Virus record (IMG/VR): IMGVR_UViG_3300012952_000020
Span: 1 to 64,000 of that record
DNA length: 64,000 nucleotides
Source of the DNA: a virus
Direction: 5' to 3' (one strand)
In this document: piece after piece, positions 55,306-64,000 of the stretch
Layout of the letters: each line of letters begins with the position of its first letter
How positions within the stretch are numbered: the stretch's first letter is position 1
Position numbers and translations under genes: made by a program
The notes under the pieces: generated by a model
What the model was told of the DNA's origin: nothing
Database searches by the model: none
The model's input: the letters and a program-made list of their open reading frames with translations, nothing else

Positions 55306-55953
55306 CTATCTTCCAGTACGCTGGAAGTGCATATCATCAGCCGTTCTCCAACGCCCGCCCCATGTCCAACCGGCATCCTCAAAAACGTGCACAAAGTTCA
55401 TGCTCGTTTCATCTTGACGGAGCCTCGTCCCTTCCTTCTTACCGTAAGGGTTGAGTTTCCAATCAATGTCGAACGCGATTCCCCAAGAGTGGGTAGACAG
55501 AGACTTAGATGGATTCCACATAGTGTGTCGAGGCACGTACATACCGATCTTGGCAGGTGTGTACTCCGACAGTCGGCACGCTTCTTCATACAAGCGCACC
55601 ATTTCATCCGCTACAGCACGGTGGCACGAAATACGTTGACCAGTGTGCAGCTTTACACGAACGATATTCGCACGAACCCACTTCGGGTCGGGAATGATCC
55701 GACCCCCGTGACCCTCGCGCCATTCAAACGCACCGTAGACCCGAGCAATATCATCCCGCTTACCACTGGGGATGGGACACTCACCTTGGATGGCTTTGTC
55801 CACTGCACGGAGAGTGATCGGCCCTGCAAGACCATCGACCGTAAGCCCGAACTCCTCTTGGATAGCCCGAGCGCCACGTTCGATGATGTACATGTGTTGG
55901 GCTGGTGACCAGTCCTCTACTTTCTTTGCGTTGTAGTCAAACGGTTTTGTCAT
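55306..55953 (-). CDS. Endolysin, M15-family peptidase with PG-binding motif
   Basis: GLTVDGLAGPIT; STHSWGIAFDID; WGGRW..DDMHFQ. Confidence 0.9.
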   Translation of the reverse strand: MTKPFDYNAKKVEDWSPAQHMYIIERGARAIQEEFGLTVDGLAGPITLRAVDKAIQGECPIPSGKRDDIARVYGAFEWREGHGGRIIPDPKWVRANIVRVKLHTGQRISCHRAVADEMVRLYEEACRLSEYTPAKIGMYVPRHTMWNPSKSLSTHSWGIAFDIDWKLNPYGKKEGTRLRQDETSMNFVHVFEDAGWTWGGRWRTADDMHFQRTGR

Positions 55954-55959
55954 GCACGC

Positions 55960-56256
55960 CTACCCTGTCTGCTGCTGGTTCTGCTCCAGAGCACTGACCT
56001 GGGTTTCCAGACGGACTACGCGCTCCTTGGAACTGTTGATCTCCTGCCAAATCTCGGCACGAGACTGACGCGCCCCTTCGTGAAGGGACGCATGCTGGTT
56101 CATCATCGTAGCCTGCGCCTCAAGACGAGCCTCAAACTTGGCAGTCAAAGTCTCCATCAAGCCCGCAACCTTTTGGATGCGGGTTGACAGAAACCAGACC
56201 GCTCCGATGAGCGTGGTGATCATACCACCGATCTGTGCAATATCCTGCAACTCCAT
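55960..56256 (-). CDS. TM + coiled-coil protein of the lysis region
   Basis: N-terminal TM, RVVRLE C-terminus. Confidence 0.7.
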   Translation of the reverse strand: MELQDIAQIGGMITTLIGAVWFLSTRIQKVAGLMETLTAKFEARLEAQATMMNQHASLHEGARQSRAEIWQEINSSKERVVRLETQVSALEQNQQQTG

Positions 56257-56292
56257 AAGAAGCCTCCTCTGGATTGTCCCAGTAGAGACTCC

Positions 56293-56751
56293 TTACTCGT
56301 CACGCATGTTCGACGGAACTCGCTTGGCAGTTACAGCAACGATCACAGTACCGGGGTCACCATCACCGAGTACAGAAGTAACAGCAATACGCAGGTCACG
56401 AGGACGAACGCGCATGATGTCATCCTGTGTTCCGATGATGTAAGACGTAGCACCGGTCATGGTAAGACCAGCACTGTCCTTCTCCCAAGGGATCGCAATC
56501 CACTCAGCAGTCTCGCCGTCAGCGGCGTAGCCCTTGACTTGAAGTTGGAAGCTCGTGGCTTCCATATCAGCATCGCCACCGGAGTTACCACTGATAGTGA
56601 TGTAGAGCGCACGACGCCGAGGATCGAATCCAAGGTTAGTCGAGTTGAGCGGTAGCGTGTTTGCTACCTCGGGGGTTGCGCCGTTTTCATCATCATCCCA
56701 AAAGGTGTTGAACGTGATGACCTTATGCTTTGTGCCGTAGTTACGAGCCAT
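56293..56751 (-). CDS. Probable virion structural protein
   Basis: 152 aa, beta-rich; AGGAG RBS. Confidence 0.65.
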   Translation of the reverse strand: MARNYGTKHKVITFNTFWDDDENGATPEVANTLPLNSTNLGFDPRRRALYITISGNSGGDADMEATSFQLQVKGYAADGETAEWIAIPWEKDSAGLTMTGATSYIIGTQDDIMRVRPRDLRIAVTSVLGDGDPGTVIVAVTAKRVPSNMRDE

Positions 56752-56878
56752 TCTCTTCTCTCCTTGCCCTGAATGGGCGACAGTTTACGTCAGTCGGAGG
56801 ACTGACAACCCGATTCGTAGAATCGGGAGGTTTATAGGACTATCCTTATCGTTTTCACTTTGTTTGTCAATAACACTT

Positions 56879-59800
56879 CTACTGATGGCCCAAGATGTGG
56901 AATGTCTCAAGAGCCTCTCCGTGGTGTTCTCCAGTAGCATCCTCACCGTAGGACGGACGCTTCTCGTTCGGACGGTTCACCTCAACAGTAGCGTTGATGT
57001 GGCAACCACTGAACGGTGGGTTCACGTTATTCGGTACTGTTCCGTTGATCATCCGCTGTCCGTATCGCCCTGTGTATAGCACGAACAGAATCTCATGATC
57101 TCCGGGTGCGGTCAACTCCTCCACTGTGGGCATCTGATCCATCAGTGTTCCAATGTCGCCTTCCTCATCCAGACCATGTGCTGCTGCGTTCTCTCGGACG
57201 TACCTCAACTCGGACACCAGATCGATCTCGATGCCACAGTTGTTCTGCAACCTGTCCGTTTGAGCAACCTTGACCAGCGCACCATCACCGACACCGTGTT
57301 GGGTGTCCTGATAGGTGGCAGAGGCAAAGTCGAACGGGTCAGCGACATAGCAGTCACCGTGTGGCGCATTGGCGAACTCGTTATTGGCGAACTCTGCTGC
57401 ACTCACATCCGTTTCCGTCATCGGGTCGGTATCGTACAAGTACCCGGATGATGCAGGGACTCCCTCAACGTAGCCGCCGAGGTTGTCACTGATCATGGGG
57501 TACAGGTGGCCGGTGTACGCGTGATTGGGGTGGGCGTTGAATGGACCACCCCCACCGCCAGCAGCCGGGTGGATAGACTGGAAGTGAAGGAACGGCTTGT
57601 CTTCCATAGTGTCGGGTGCTGTGGGCCACTGGACCGCAGAACCGTTCTGCCTATCTCGGACAAGAAACAACTCCGTGAGGGATTTGGGAGCACTCGAACG
57701 ACGAGTGTTGGGGTGTCCACCGCCTTGATAGGACGGGGAGTAACCACCACCGGGGCGAGCATGAAGGACGCGGAAAGAACAGTTCCAAAGTAGCTTTTGC
57801 GCCAGACCCGCATTGAACAACGCAGTGTACGTGTTCATCAGGGGTTGCCACTCTACATCAGCAGTTCCGTTCCACGCAGCCTGCACCTCATGTTCCATTA
57901 GCTGGAAGGCATCGTGACAGGTGTTGCGGGGATCGCCGTCTTCAAGTGTAGACGGTACTGTGTCGAAGCCGTTTGGCAGGTTGGTGCCTGTCTTCCAATC
58001 GAACGAACCCATCGAGAACGTGAGTGGGTTTGCGTAGAAGGTACGAGCGCCATCGTAGCTGGAGTCGAGCACGATACCCGTACCAGTGTCACCGATGAAC
58101 TGCGTATCCACGTCGAAGTCAGGCCCTTGGCCGGGGATTGCGTTTCCGGGTCCGTCAAGCATGTCGCCGTTGAACTCTGAATCGTCATCATCAGACACAG
58201 ACCAAGGGGAGGTGGCATCCCAAGTCAGCTTCAACACATCCGCTGCTTCCATAGCATCACAGATAGCGGCCAAGGTCGTGGTGCCAATCTTGGCACGCAT
58301 GACCGGAGCCTGCCAGTCGTAAGCTGACCGTGCGAACAGTTGGTTGTCGTCGGGGAACCCGATGTAGCCACGGTTGTAGCCTTGAGTGCCTTGACCAAAT
58401 CCAACGCCAGTGTAGTACGGACCAGTTGCTTCCGCTGCGGAGTACCAGTTGTTCTGGATCTCCACAATCTTGTCGATGAGCGGGAAGCCTTTGAACAAGT
58501 CCTCTCCTTCGGAGGACGACGGGTGGGTACGGAACACGGGATGTAGATCCCACATATCGCCGCCCGTGTTCTCCGAGTAGTACCCCGAGTCGTCGTAGTA
58601 AATGTCACCGGAGTTCTCGCCCTTCAAGTACCACTTGAACGCAGGCATGAACGTAGGACCGGGCTTACCGTAGACACTGAATCCGGGGTACGCAAGCTGA
58701 CTCGTCACACCGTCAGGAACAAACGGGAACGCTGCCAGATTGTTCGGGACTGTGATAGTCGCCCCATCCACGTTGACCGTACCAGAGTACGTTGTAGACG
58801 CCGTGCCGGGGTTGGTGTTGTGATTACCAAGACGAGGAATCTGCGACCATAGCTGCGTCGTCCCCAGTTCGTTTGATGACGCGAAGTCGTCCAGACCCCA
58901 GTAGTCCAAATCGTTTACCGATTTCAGACCTTGTGTGGATGACTGCTCACCCAAGAACTGATCCGTGGGTTGCGTCGTGATCGTGGGGATAATCAGTGAC
59001 CGCTCACCCCATCGGTTGTAGACGGGATAGGCTACGCCATCAAACTGTGGGTAGGAATCCGCGCCGCCGAACAGGGAAGCGTTCTCGTCCCAGTCACCGT
59101 GAGGGAACCTAATGGATTCCATGAACGGGTGATACCAGTGGACGAATGGTTGGAACGCATCGGGGATCGGAGTGTCGCGCCAATCTCGGTCGCCAATCTC
59201 CAAAGCCACGTTGGGGTCCATTGTTCCGAAGGCTGCGTTTTCGCCGCTGTTACCTCCGGGTTGCCCGAGGTCCGGTGACGTAGCGATGATCTTGGGAAGA
59301 CCGTCCTCATCAATCAGGTTCTCCGTAATCCACTCCAAGTTGACTCGTTCAATGAACGAGAGCAGCCCGTCAAGCATGGACATTCGACCTTGCAGGACGT
59401 TGTGCTGGTGCTTGGGCAGGGTTGCCCAGTGCGTCAGAGACAACGGTTCAAACCGAACGAACAGGTTGAGAGTGTCAACCAAAGCGTTGGTCTTTGTGCC
59501 TGTGGGAGCACCGTCAGCGTCCAGCGTTTCGGGGCCGGGATAGTAGTCGCCAATGTGATAACGAAGGCGAGCCACGGTGCATCGGTTCTCCCATGTGTCG
59601 AGTGGGTTCACCTCGTCCGTGGGGAGAGTAGGGAACCGGCCCCAAGGACCAGCTTCCATATCCATACGCACGTCAGCCTCGATAACGTCCTGATTCACGT
59701 CTGCGGGGTTTGACACATCCGCTACGTTGATAGCGTGATGACCCCAACGGATCAGATCGTTAGCCTCCAGACCTTCGCCCGGAGTTTCATCAGCGTCGCC

Positions 59801-62572
59801 TTCACCCGGTGGGAAGTTGGACAAGCTGGCAGGCGTGGCGACTGTGCCGTCCGAAAGGACACCAGCTCCAACTCCGTAAGACTGTAGATTCACTGGGGAG
59901 TTGCCGTGCTCGTCTTCCTCGGGGTGTCCGTACGGTTGGCTAATGTCCTGACCACTGACCATAGAGGTGTCGAGGAACGCTGCCGCCGAAGCCATGATGA
60001 AGCCGTCGTAGGAGTTGCCGCTAACATCGCCAGCGCCGTCCTGTGACTGCTTCCAAGTACGAGGTAGTGAATCAGCCTCGGTGGTGTCGTAGTACATCAC
60101 CCGCCAAGGCGCAGCCACATGGTAGTTGAACATGTCCATCTGGACATGCCCTTGTGTCTTGATTGCCAGCTTTCGGAACATCAACGCTTGCCGCATGAGT
60201 TCCGCTTGTCGCTGACCGTCAGCCGTTCCACGCTGCGTGAAGTCCGGCTCCGTGGATGAACCCGTTGCCTTTGCATAGTCCTGTGCTGCAAAGTTGTAGA
60301 AGCCCCAGCCTTGCTCACTGTCTACGGTGATCTCATCACCGCCACGAGTAATATACTTACCGTATCCGGGGATGAACTCTCCAGACCACCAGTGACCTGA
60401 TCGAACGCCATCCTCGATTGTGACTACACCTGTGCCTGCGTCCTGCGAGACACCTCCGACCAGCGGGTCGATTGAGCATACGGTTCCGACAGACTTATCG
60501 GTCGGGTTGAGTGACGTGTTGTCAGGAGTGTACGCGAACACTTCCGCAGACTGTCCCGAAGCGAACAGCGCCGTAGTATCTCCGTTTGCAACGTACTGAT
60601 TTGACGAGGGTAGTCCGTAGGCTGTGTCCTCGATGAGGTTGCCGGAGTTGTCACGCTGCTGCCCGAAAGCCCACTGCGCTGACATACCCATCTGGTGTCC
60701 AAGACCCGACTGGTTCAGATACCAGTTGGTAAGACTGGAGATCCCGCAACCGAGGGACTGGTACTGGAGAGGGATGTTTCCGTGTCGGTCATACAGCGCC
60801 GTGATGCCACGAGCAATCGGCGCACCGCCGCCCGCTTTCTCAGCCGTAGTCATGCCTACGACCGCTGTAGCGTTTACAAGTGAGCGAGACATTTCCGCTA
60901 CACCCATGACAATCTTGGGTGGCTGCATCATGCCGCCCATAAACAGGAGGCCAGTATCTCCGGGGTTCATGCCCCCATTAGTGACGATGTTGTTTTCACG
61001 ACCGTACATTCCCACCATTGGGATAGACATGATTCCGCCTCCATCATCCCAAAGAGGGTGCAGGAGGCCGGGAATAAAGTACGGAGATAGAACGTCGTCG
61101 TCGTGAAGATCCGTGGAGGTTGGGTCCATCCGCTTCCAAGGAGGCATAATCCAAGCGAGCGGTACAATGTGGGACTCTGCCCCGCCACAAGTCTCTTGAA
61201 GCAGACAGTGAGCCGCAGTCCACCAACGGTCAGACGAGAACTCAACGTCGCCTGTCCCGAAGCCTTCCGAAATCTTCATAGCAAACGACGGAGTTGCGCC
61301 GAAGTTGCCGGGGCCTTGATCGAACCACTGTGATACTGCGGTGCCTGACCCGTCGGGGTCAATGGCAGGAACCTGTGTAGCGGTATGCCGCAAAGCCTCG
61401 ATGGGGTCTACTGCATAGTCAACGATCAAGGAGTTACCTACCGAGTGGTAGTGAGGCTCCTTGTTCATGTCATCCAGTAGGCGTGCGAGGTGCCACTCTG
61501 TGATCGGAGACAGACCCGGCATGTCCGTGGTCATGCTCCACTTGGAGAGGCACATACGAACGCAGTAACGAACCTGTGTTCGGTGGGTAGTCTCCATGCC
61601 GAGAGTAACGTCCAGAAGATCCTCATCCTCGTCAGACGAAATGTCCTCATTGAAGACTTGAACGTACATCATCGGGTAGCGCACAAGACCTGCGTAGGTC
61701 TGGTCAGCAGCCTGCGCTCCGGTCATGGCATCGAACTGGGCTTTCCAGTTTACAAGGTCGTTGCCCGGAATGATGTAGTACTCATCACCTTGAGCCAAAG
61801 CAGCCGGTAGATTCGTGAGCCACTGCACAGAGGTAGCCGTGTAACCTGTAATGTCACGGACCTCGCCAGCGTTCGCACCAGTGACGAAATAGATTCGACA
61901 CGCAGACTCTTCTACTCGAAACTGAAAAGCAGCCGGTGTCGCTGTGCCTGCTGGAAGCGGCTCGTCGTGAACCGGACCTGTCGGTCCCGAAACTACAACT
62001 TCACGGTAGCCGCCTGCCTCGGTCGATGTGCCGAGCAGGTTGTGACTTGCCGTGAACATCTTATTCTCATCGAACATTTCGTCGATGAGTCCTGCCCCGG
62101 CTGCCGTGACCTTGCCGTGGAACATGTGGTTAGCCCACGGGCGCATCGTGGCCCCTGCTGCTCCAAGGTCAACGATCCGGTGCCAGTCAAAGATGATCTG
62201 CGATTCCAGATTGGCCGTGTCGATCTCGTTACTGTTGTCGAGCACTCCGAGGGGCGTAAGGAGAGAACCCATCGTGACTGCAAAGTTACAGTTGTTCGCA
62301 TCGACCTCACCCTCGATACCGCTACCTCCGATAGCACGAGAGACTGGTACAACAGTCCACTGCCTGTTACCGAGTACGGTCTGTGGGGTTTGATCGCCGC
62401 GAACAGCCATCTGTGCGACGTGCTTGGTCTGATTAGCTGCCAAGTCCTGTGCGTCGTTCAGATCCACATCGAGGACGGGCGACCCCTGCTGGAAGCGCAC
62501 GTCCTTATAGTTCTTACTCTCGTCAACCGTACCCGTTCTGGACAGGTTCGGCTTGTTTGTAGGGTTTGCCAT
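56879..62572 (-). CDS. Large tail fibre/baseplate-associated protein (DUF6519-like N-terminus)
   Basis: 1897 aa; YKDVRFQQGSPVLDVDLNDAQD and EDEDLLD..ETTHR motifs; Gly/Asp-rich. Confidence 0.75.
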   Translation of the reverse strand: MANPTNKPNLSRTGTVDESKNYKDVRFQQGSPVLDVDLNDAQDLAANQTKHVAQMAVRGDQTPQTVLGNRQWTVVPVSRAIGGSGIEGEVDANNCNFAVTMGSLLTPLGVLDNSNEIDTANLESQIIFDWHRIVDLGAAGATMRPWANHMFHGKVTAAGAGLIDEMFDENKMFTASHNLLGTSTEAGGYREVVVSGPTGPVHDEPLPAGTATPAAFQFRVEESACRIYFVTGANAGEVRDITGYTATSVQWLTNLPAALAQGDEYYIIPGNDLVNWKAQFDAMTGAQAADQTYAGLVRYPMMYVQVFNEDISSDEDEDLLDVTLGMETTHRTQVRYCVRMCLSKWSMTTDMPGLSPITEWHLARLLDDMNKEPHYHSVGNSLIVDYAVDPIEALRHTATQVPAIDPDGSGTAVSQWFDQGPGNFGATPSFAMKISEGFGTGDVEFSSDRWWTAAHCLLQETCGGAESHIVPLAWIMPPWKRMDPTSTDLHDDDVLSPYFIPGLLHPLWDDGGGIMSIPMVGMYGRENNIVTNGGMNPGDTGLLFMGGMMQPPKIVMGVAEMSRSLVNATAVVGMTTAEKAGGGAPIARGITALYDRHGNIPLQYQSLGCGISSLTNWYLNQSGLGHQMGMSAQWAFGQQRDNSGNLIEDTAYGLPSSNQYVANGDTTALFASGQSAEVFAYTPDNTSLNPTDKSVGTVCSIDPLVGGVSQDAGTGVVTIEDGVRSGHWWSGEFIPGYGKYITRGGDEITVDSEQGWGFYNFAAQDYAKATGSSTEPDFTQRGTADGQRQAELMRQALMFRKLAIKTQGHVQMDMFNYHVAAPWRVMYYDTTEADSLPRTWKQSQDGAGDVSGNSYDGFIMASAAAFLDTSMVSGQDISQPYGHPEEDEHGNSPVNLQSYGVGAGVLSDGTVATPASLSNFPPGEGDADETPGEGLEANDLIRWGHHAINVADVSNPADVNQDVIEADVRMDMEAGPWGRFPTLPTDEVNPLDTWENRCTVARLRYHIGDYYPGPETLDADGAPTGTKTNALVDTLNLFVRFEPLSLTHWATLPKHQHNVLQGRMSMLDGLLSFIERVNLEWITENLIDEDGLPKIIATSPDLGQPGGNSGENAAFGTMDPNVALEIGDRDWRDTPIPDAFQPFVHWYHPFMESIRFPHGDWDENASLFGGADSYPQFDGVAYPVYNRWGERSLIIPTITTQPTDQFLGEQSSTQGLKSVNDLDYWGLDDFASSNELGTTQLWSQIPRLGNHNTNPGTASTTYSGTVNVDGATITVPNNLAAFPFVPDGVTSQLAYPGFSVYGKPGPTFMPAFKWYLKGENSGDIYYDDSGYYSENTGGDMWDLHPVFRTHPSSSEGEDLFKGFPLIDKIVEIQNNWYSAAEATGPYYTGVGFGQGTQGYNRGYIGFPDDNQLFARSAYDWQAPVMRAKIGTTTLAAICDAMEAADVLKLTWDATSPWSVSDDDDSEFNGDMLDGPGNAIPGQGPDFDVDTQFIGDTGTGIVLDSSYDGARTFYANPLTFSMGSFDWKTGTNLPNGFDTVPSTLEDGDPRNTCHDAFQLMEHEVQAAWNGTADVEWQPLMNTYTALFNAGLAQKLLWNCSFRVLHARPGGGYSPSYQGGGHPNTRRSSAPKSLTELFLVRDRQNGSAVQWPTAPDTMEDKPFLHFQSIHPAAGGGGGPFNAHPNHAYTGHLYPMISDNLGGYVEGVPASSGYLYDTDPMTETDVSAAEFANNEFANAPHGDCYVADPFDFASATYQDTQHGVGDGALVKVAQTDRLQNNCGIEIDLVSELRYVRENAAAHGLDEEGDIGTLMDQMPTVEELTAPGDHEILFVLYTGRYGQRMINGTVPNNVNPPFSGCHINATVEVNRPNEKRPSYGEDATGEHHGEALETFHILGHQ

Positions 62573-62585
62573 GCTGTGTCTCCTT

Positions 62586-63158
62586 CTATGGCTCCAAGAA
62601 CTCGATCTGGATCGTCCGAGTGATGGTCAATGTTGCGTCCTTATTGATAAGCGGGTGAACAATCCAGTTCAGAATATGCCCCGAGTCCGGTAGACCAGTT
62701 GCGAATCCACAGAACAAACCAAACTCCCGCATGGCACCGTTAGCGTCAGCCGGGAGGAACGTCGATTCTATCTGAATCATACGGGAAGGACCAGCCACAA
62801 CAGGGTGCGCTGGGTCGTCAGCGTCCAAAAAGGACATATCAGAAGCGAGGATCGACTGACGATAATACTCTGTGGTTAGGGTCGTGTCTGCACGATCCTG
62901 CGGCACGGTTCCGGGCGCAAGAGCATCCCAAGCTACATCGCCACTTCCCACAGCGATGTACGAAATGCCCTCGAAAGGTACGGGAACCTGCCCAGCGGGT
63001 AGCTCATCCCAACGATGAAACAGACCGGCAGCGATGATGGGGGCGACGTTCTGGATCTGGTTGTGGGTCCACTCGGTTTCCTCAACAAGCTCACCGTCAC
63101 GGTAATACTTATCTTTCCACCTACCAATCATTCCCAGTCTTGCTCGCTCTTTGTCCAT
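62586..63158 (-). CDS. Tail collar/baseplate-associated protein
   Basis: YIAVGSG..LTTEYYR..ANGAMREFGLF..INKD. Confidence 0.7.
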   Translation of the reverse strand: MDKERARLGMIGRWKDKYYRDGELVEETEWTHNQIQNVAPIIAAGLFHRWDELPAGQVPVPFEGISYIAVGSGDVAWDALAPGTVPQDRADTTLTTEYYRQSILASDMSFLDADDPAHPVVAGPSRMIQIESTFLPADANGAMREFGLFCGFATGLPDSGHILNWIVHPLINKDATLTITRTIQIEFLEP

Positions 63159-63211
63159 TATCTGTATCTCCTAATCATGTTTCACTTGGTTTGTCAATAA
63201 CCGTGTCACGC

Positions 63212-64000
63212 TCAATCGCCGCCGTCGTTGACGAAATCACCACCAGAGTTGTCTCCACCCCCGCCGCCGAAGTTGTTGTCCCCATCCAAGGAGTTGTTCA
63301 TACCGGAACTGCCAATGACGATGACCCGAACTGCTGTTGCTGTGTTTCCGTCGGAGTCAGTAGCTTTGTATCCTAAAATGTACGAACCTTCCACACTTGT
63401 ATCCCCGGTAAACGTGGTTGCTTCGGAGTCAATGTTCACTTGAACATTACCATCCTCCGCATCAGTGGCGAAAGCACCAGCTTCCTCGTAGCCGTGATAC
63501 TGCTGGACGAACGCTGGGTTCTCTCCGAGTATGTGGATCACCGGGTAGTTGTCACTCACCACAACTACGTTGCGGTAGGCCAGTGTTTCGTTGCCTGCGT
63601 TGTCAACCGCTTTGTAGGCGACTGTGTAAGAGCCTGCAACGCTGTTGTTCACTTGCGAATCGTCTACGCTGACCAGATCCGTAACGTCACCGTCCTGTGC
63701 GTCGTGTGCTGTGTAGCCCGGTTCAACCCAAGACTCTGCCACGCTGATAGTGACCGTTCCTCCGGTCAACGTGATCGTCGGTGGGGTGTTGTCCGAAACG
63801 ACCACAGTTCTCGATGCCGTAGCCGTATTGCCCGACGAGTCTTGGACTGTGTAGGTCACGGTGTAAGTGCCTGCCACGTTTGAGTTTACAGGATCGCCTC
63901 CTGTTACGATGGCTGCGGTCAGGTCGCCGTCCACTGCGTCAACCGCTGTGGCTCCTGCGTCCGAGTATTCACCGCCTCCCTGACTAATCGTGACCACCGA
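63212..64000 (-). CDS. Protein with tandem Ig-like (DUF5011-like) repeats (5' truncated)
   Basis: Three units of P.I.L.G..GATA.D..DGD.T..VAG.Y.V.Y.A.D..GN.A...R.V.V. Confidence 0.85.
   Translation of the reverse strand, partial: SVVTISQGGGEYSDAGATAVDAVDGDLTAAIVTGGDPVNSNVAGTYTVTYTVQDSSGNTATASRTVVVSDNTPPTITLTGGTVTISVAESWVEPGYTAHDAQDGDVTDLVSVDDSQVNNSVAGSYTVAYKAVDNAGNETLAYRNVVVVSDNYPVIHILGENPAFVQQYHGYEEAGAFATDAEDGNVQVNIDSEATTFTGDTSVEGSYILGYKATDSDGNTATAVRVIVIGSSGMNNSLDGDNNFGGGGGDNSGGDFVNDGGD

Noticed and set aside
3350-62572. Stop-codon reassignment
   Set aside because: Genes are full length and tightly packed under the standard code, with TAA, TAG and TGA all used as stops.
1-64000. Numerous plus-strand ORFs in the track
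   Set aside because: They are antisense shadows of well-supported minus-strand genes and carry no recognisable motifs.

Overview
A 64-kb segment of a large tailed dsDNA phage (Caudoviricetes-like). Every credible gene lies on the minus strand. In transcription order (right to left): tail/baseplate genes (Ig-repeat protein, collar-like protein, 1897-aa fibre-like protein); a lysis cassette (M15 endolysin, holin, overlapping spanin pair, suggesting a diderm host); replication/recombination genes (initiator, DnaC-like loader, DnaB, primase, SSB, family-A polymerase, SF2 helicase, RecA, Cas4-like nuclease, Dam, ParB); an ~11-kb 7-deazaguanine cluster (QueD, QueE, FolE, DpdL-like, TGT/DpdA-like; no QueC seen) interleaved with two glycosyltransferases, a cytidylyltransferase, a TagF-like transferase, a deacetylase, a methyltransferase and an epimerase; an ~11-kb early-type operon of small genes; a ~1.1-kb non-coding C-rich gap; then terminase, portal and a truncated MuF-SNF2 helicase fusion that the ORF track missed. 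The most striking non-coding signal is three type II hammerhead ribozymes (12027-12094, 16656-16721, 18169-18230), each right after a stop codon in the early operon; two of them bracket a single GHKL-ATPase/HExxH gene. All calls come from reading motifs by eye; no searches were run.
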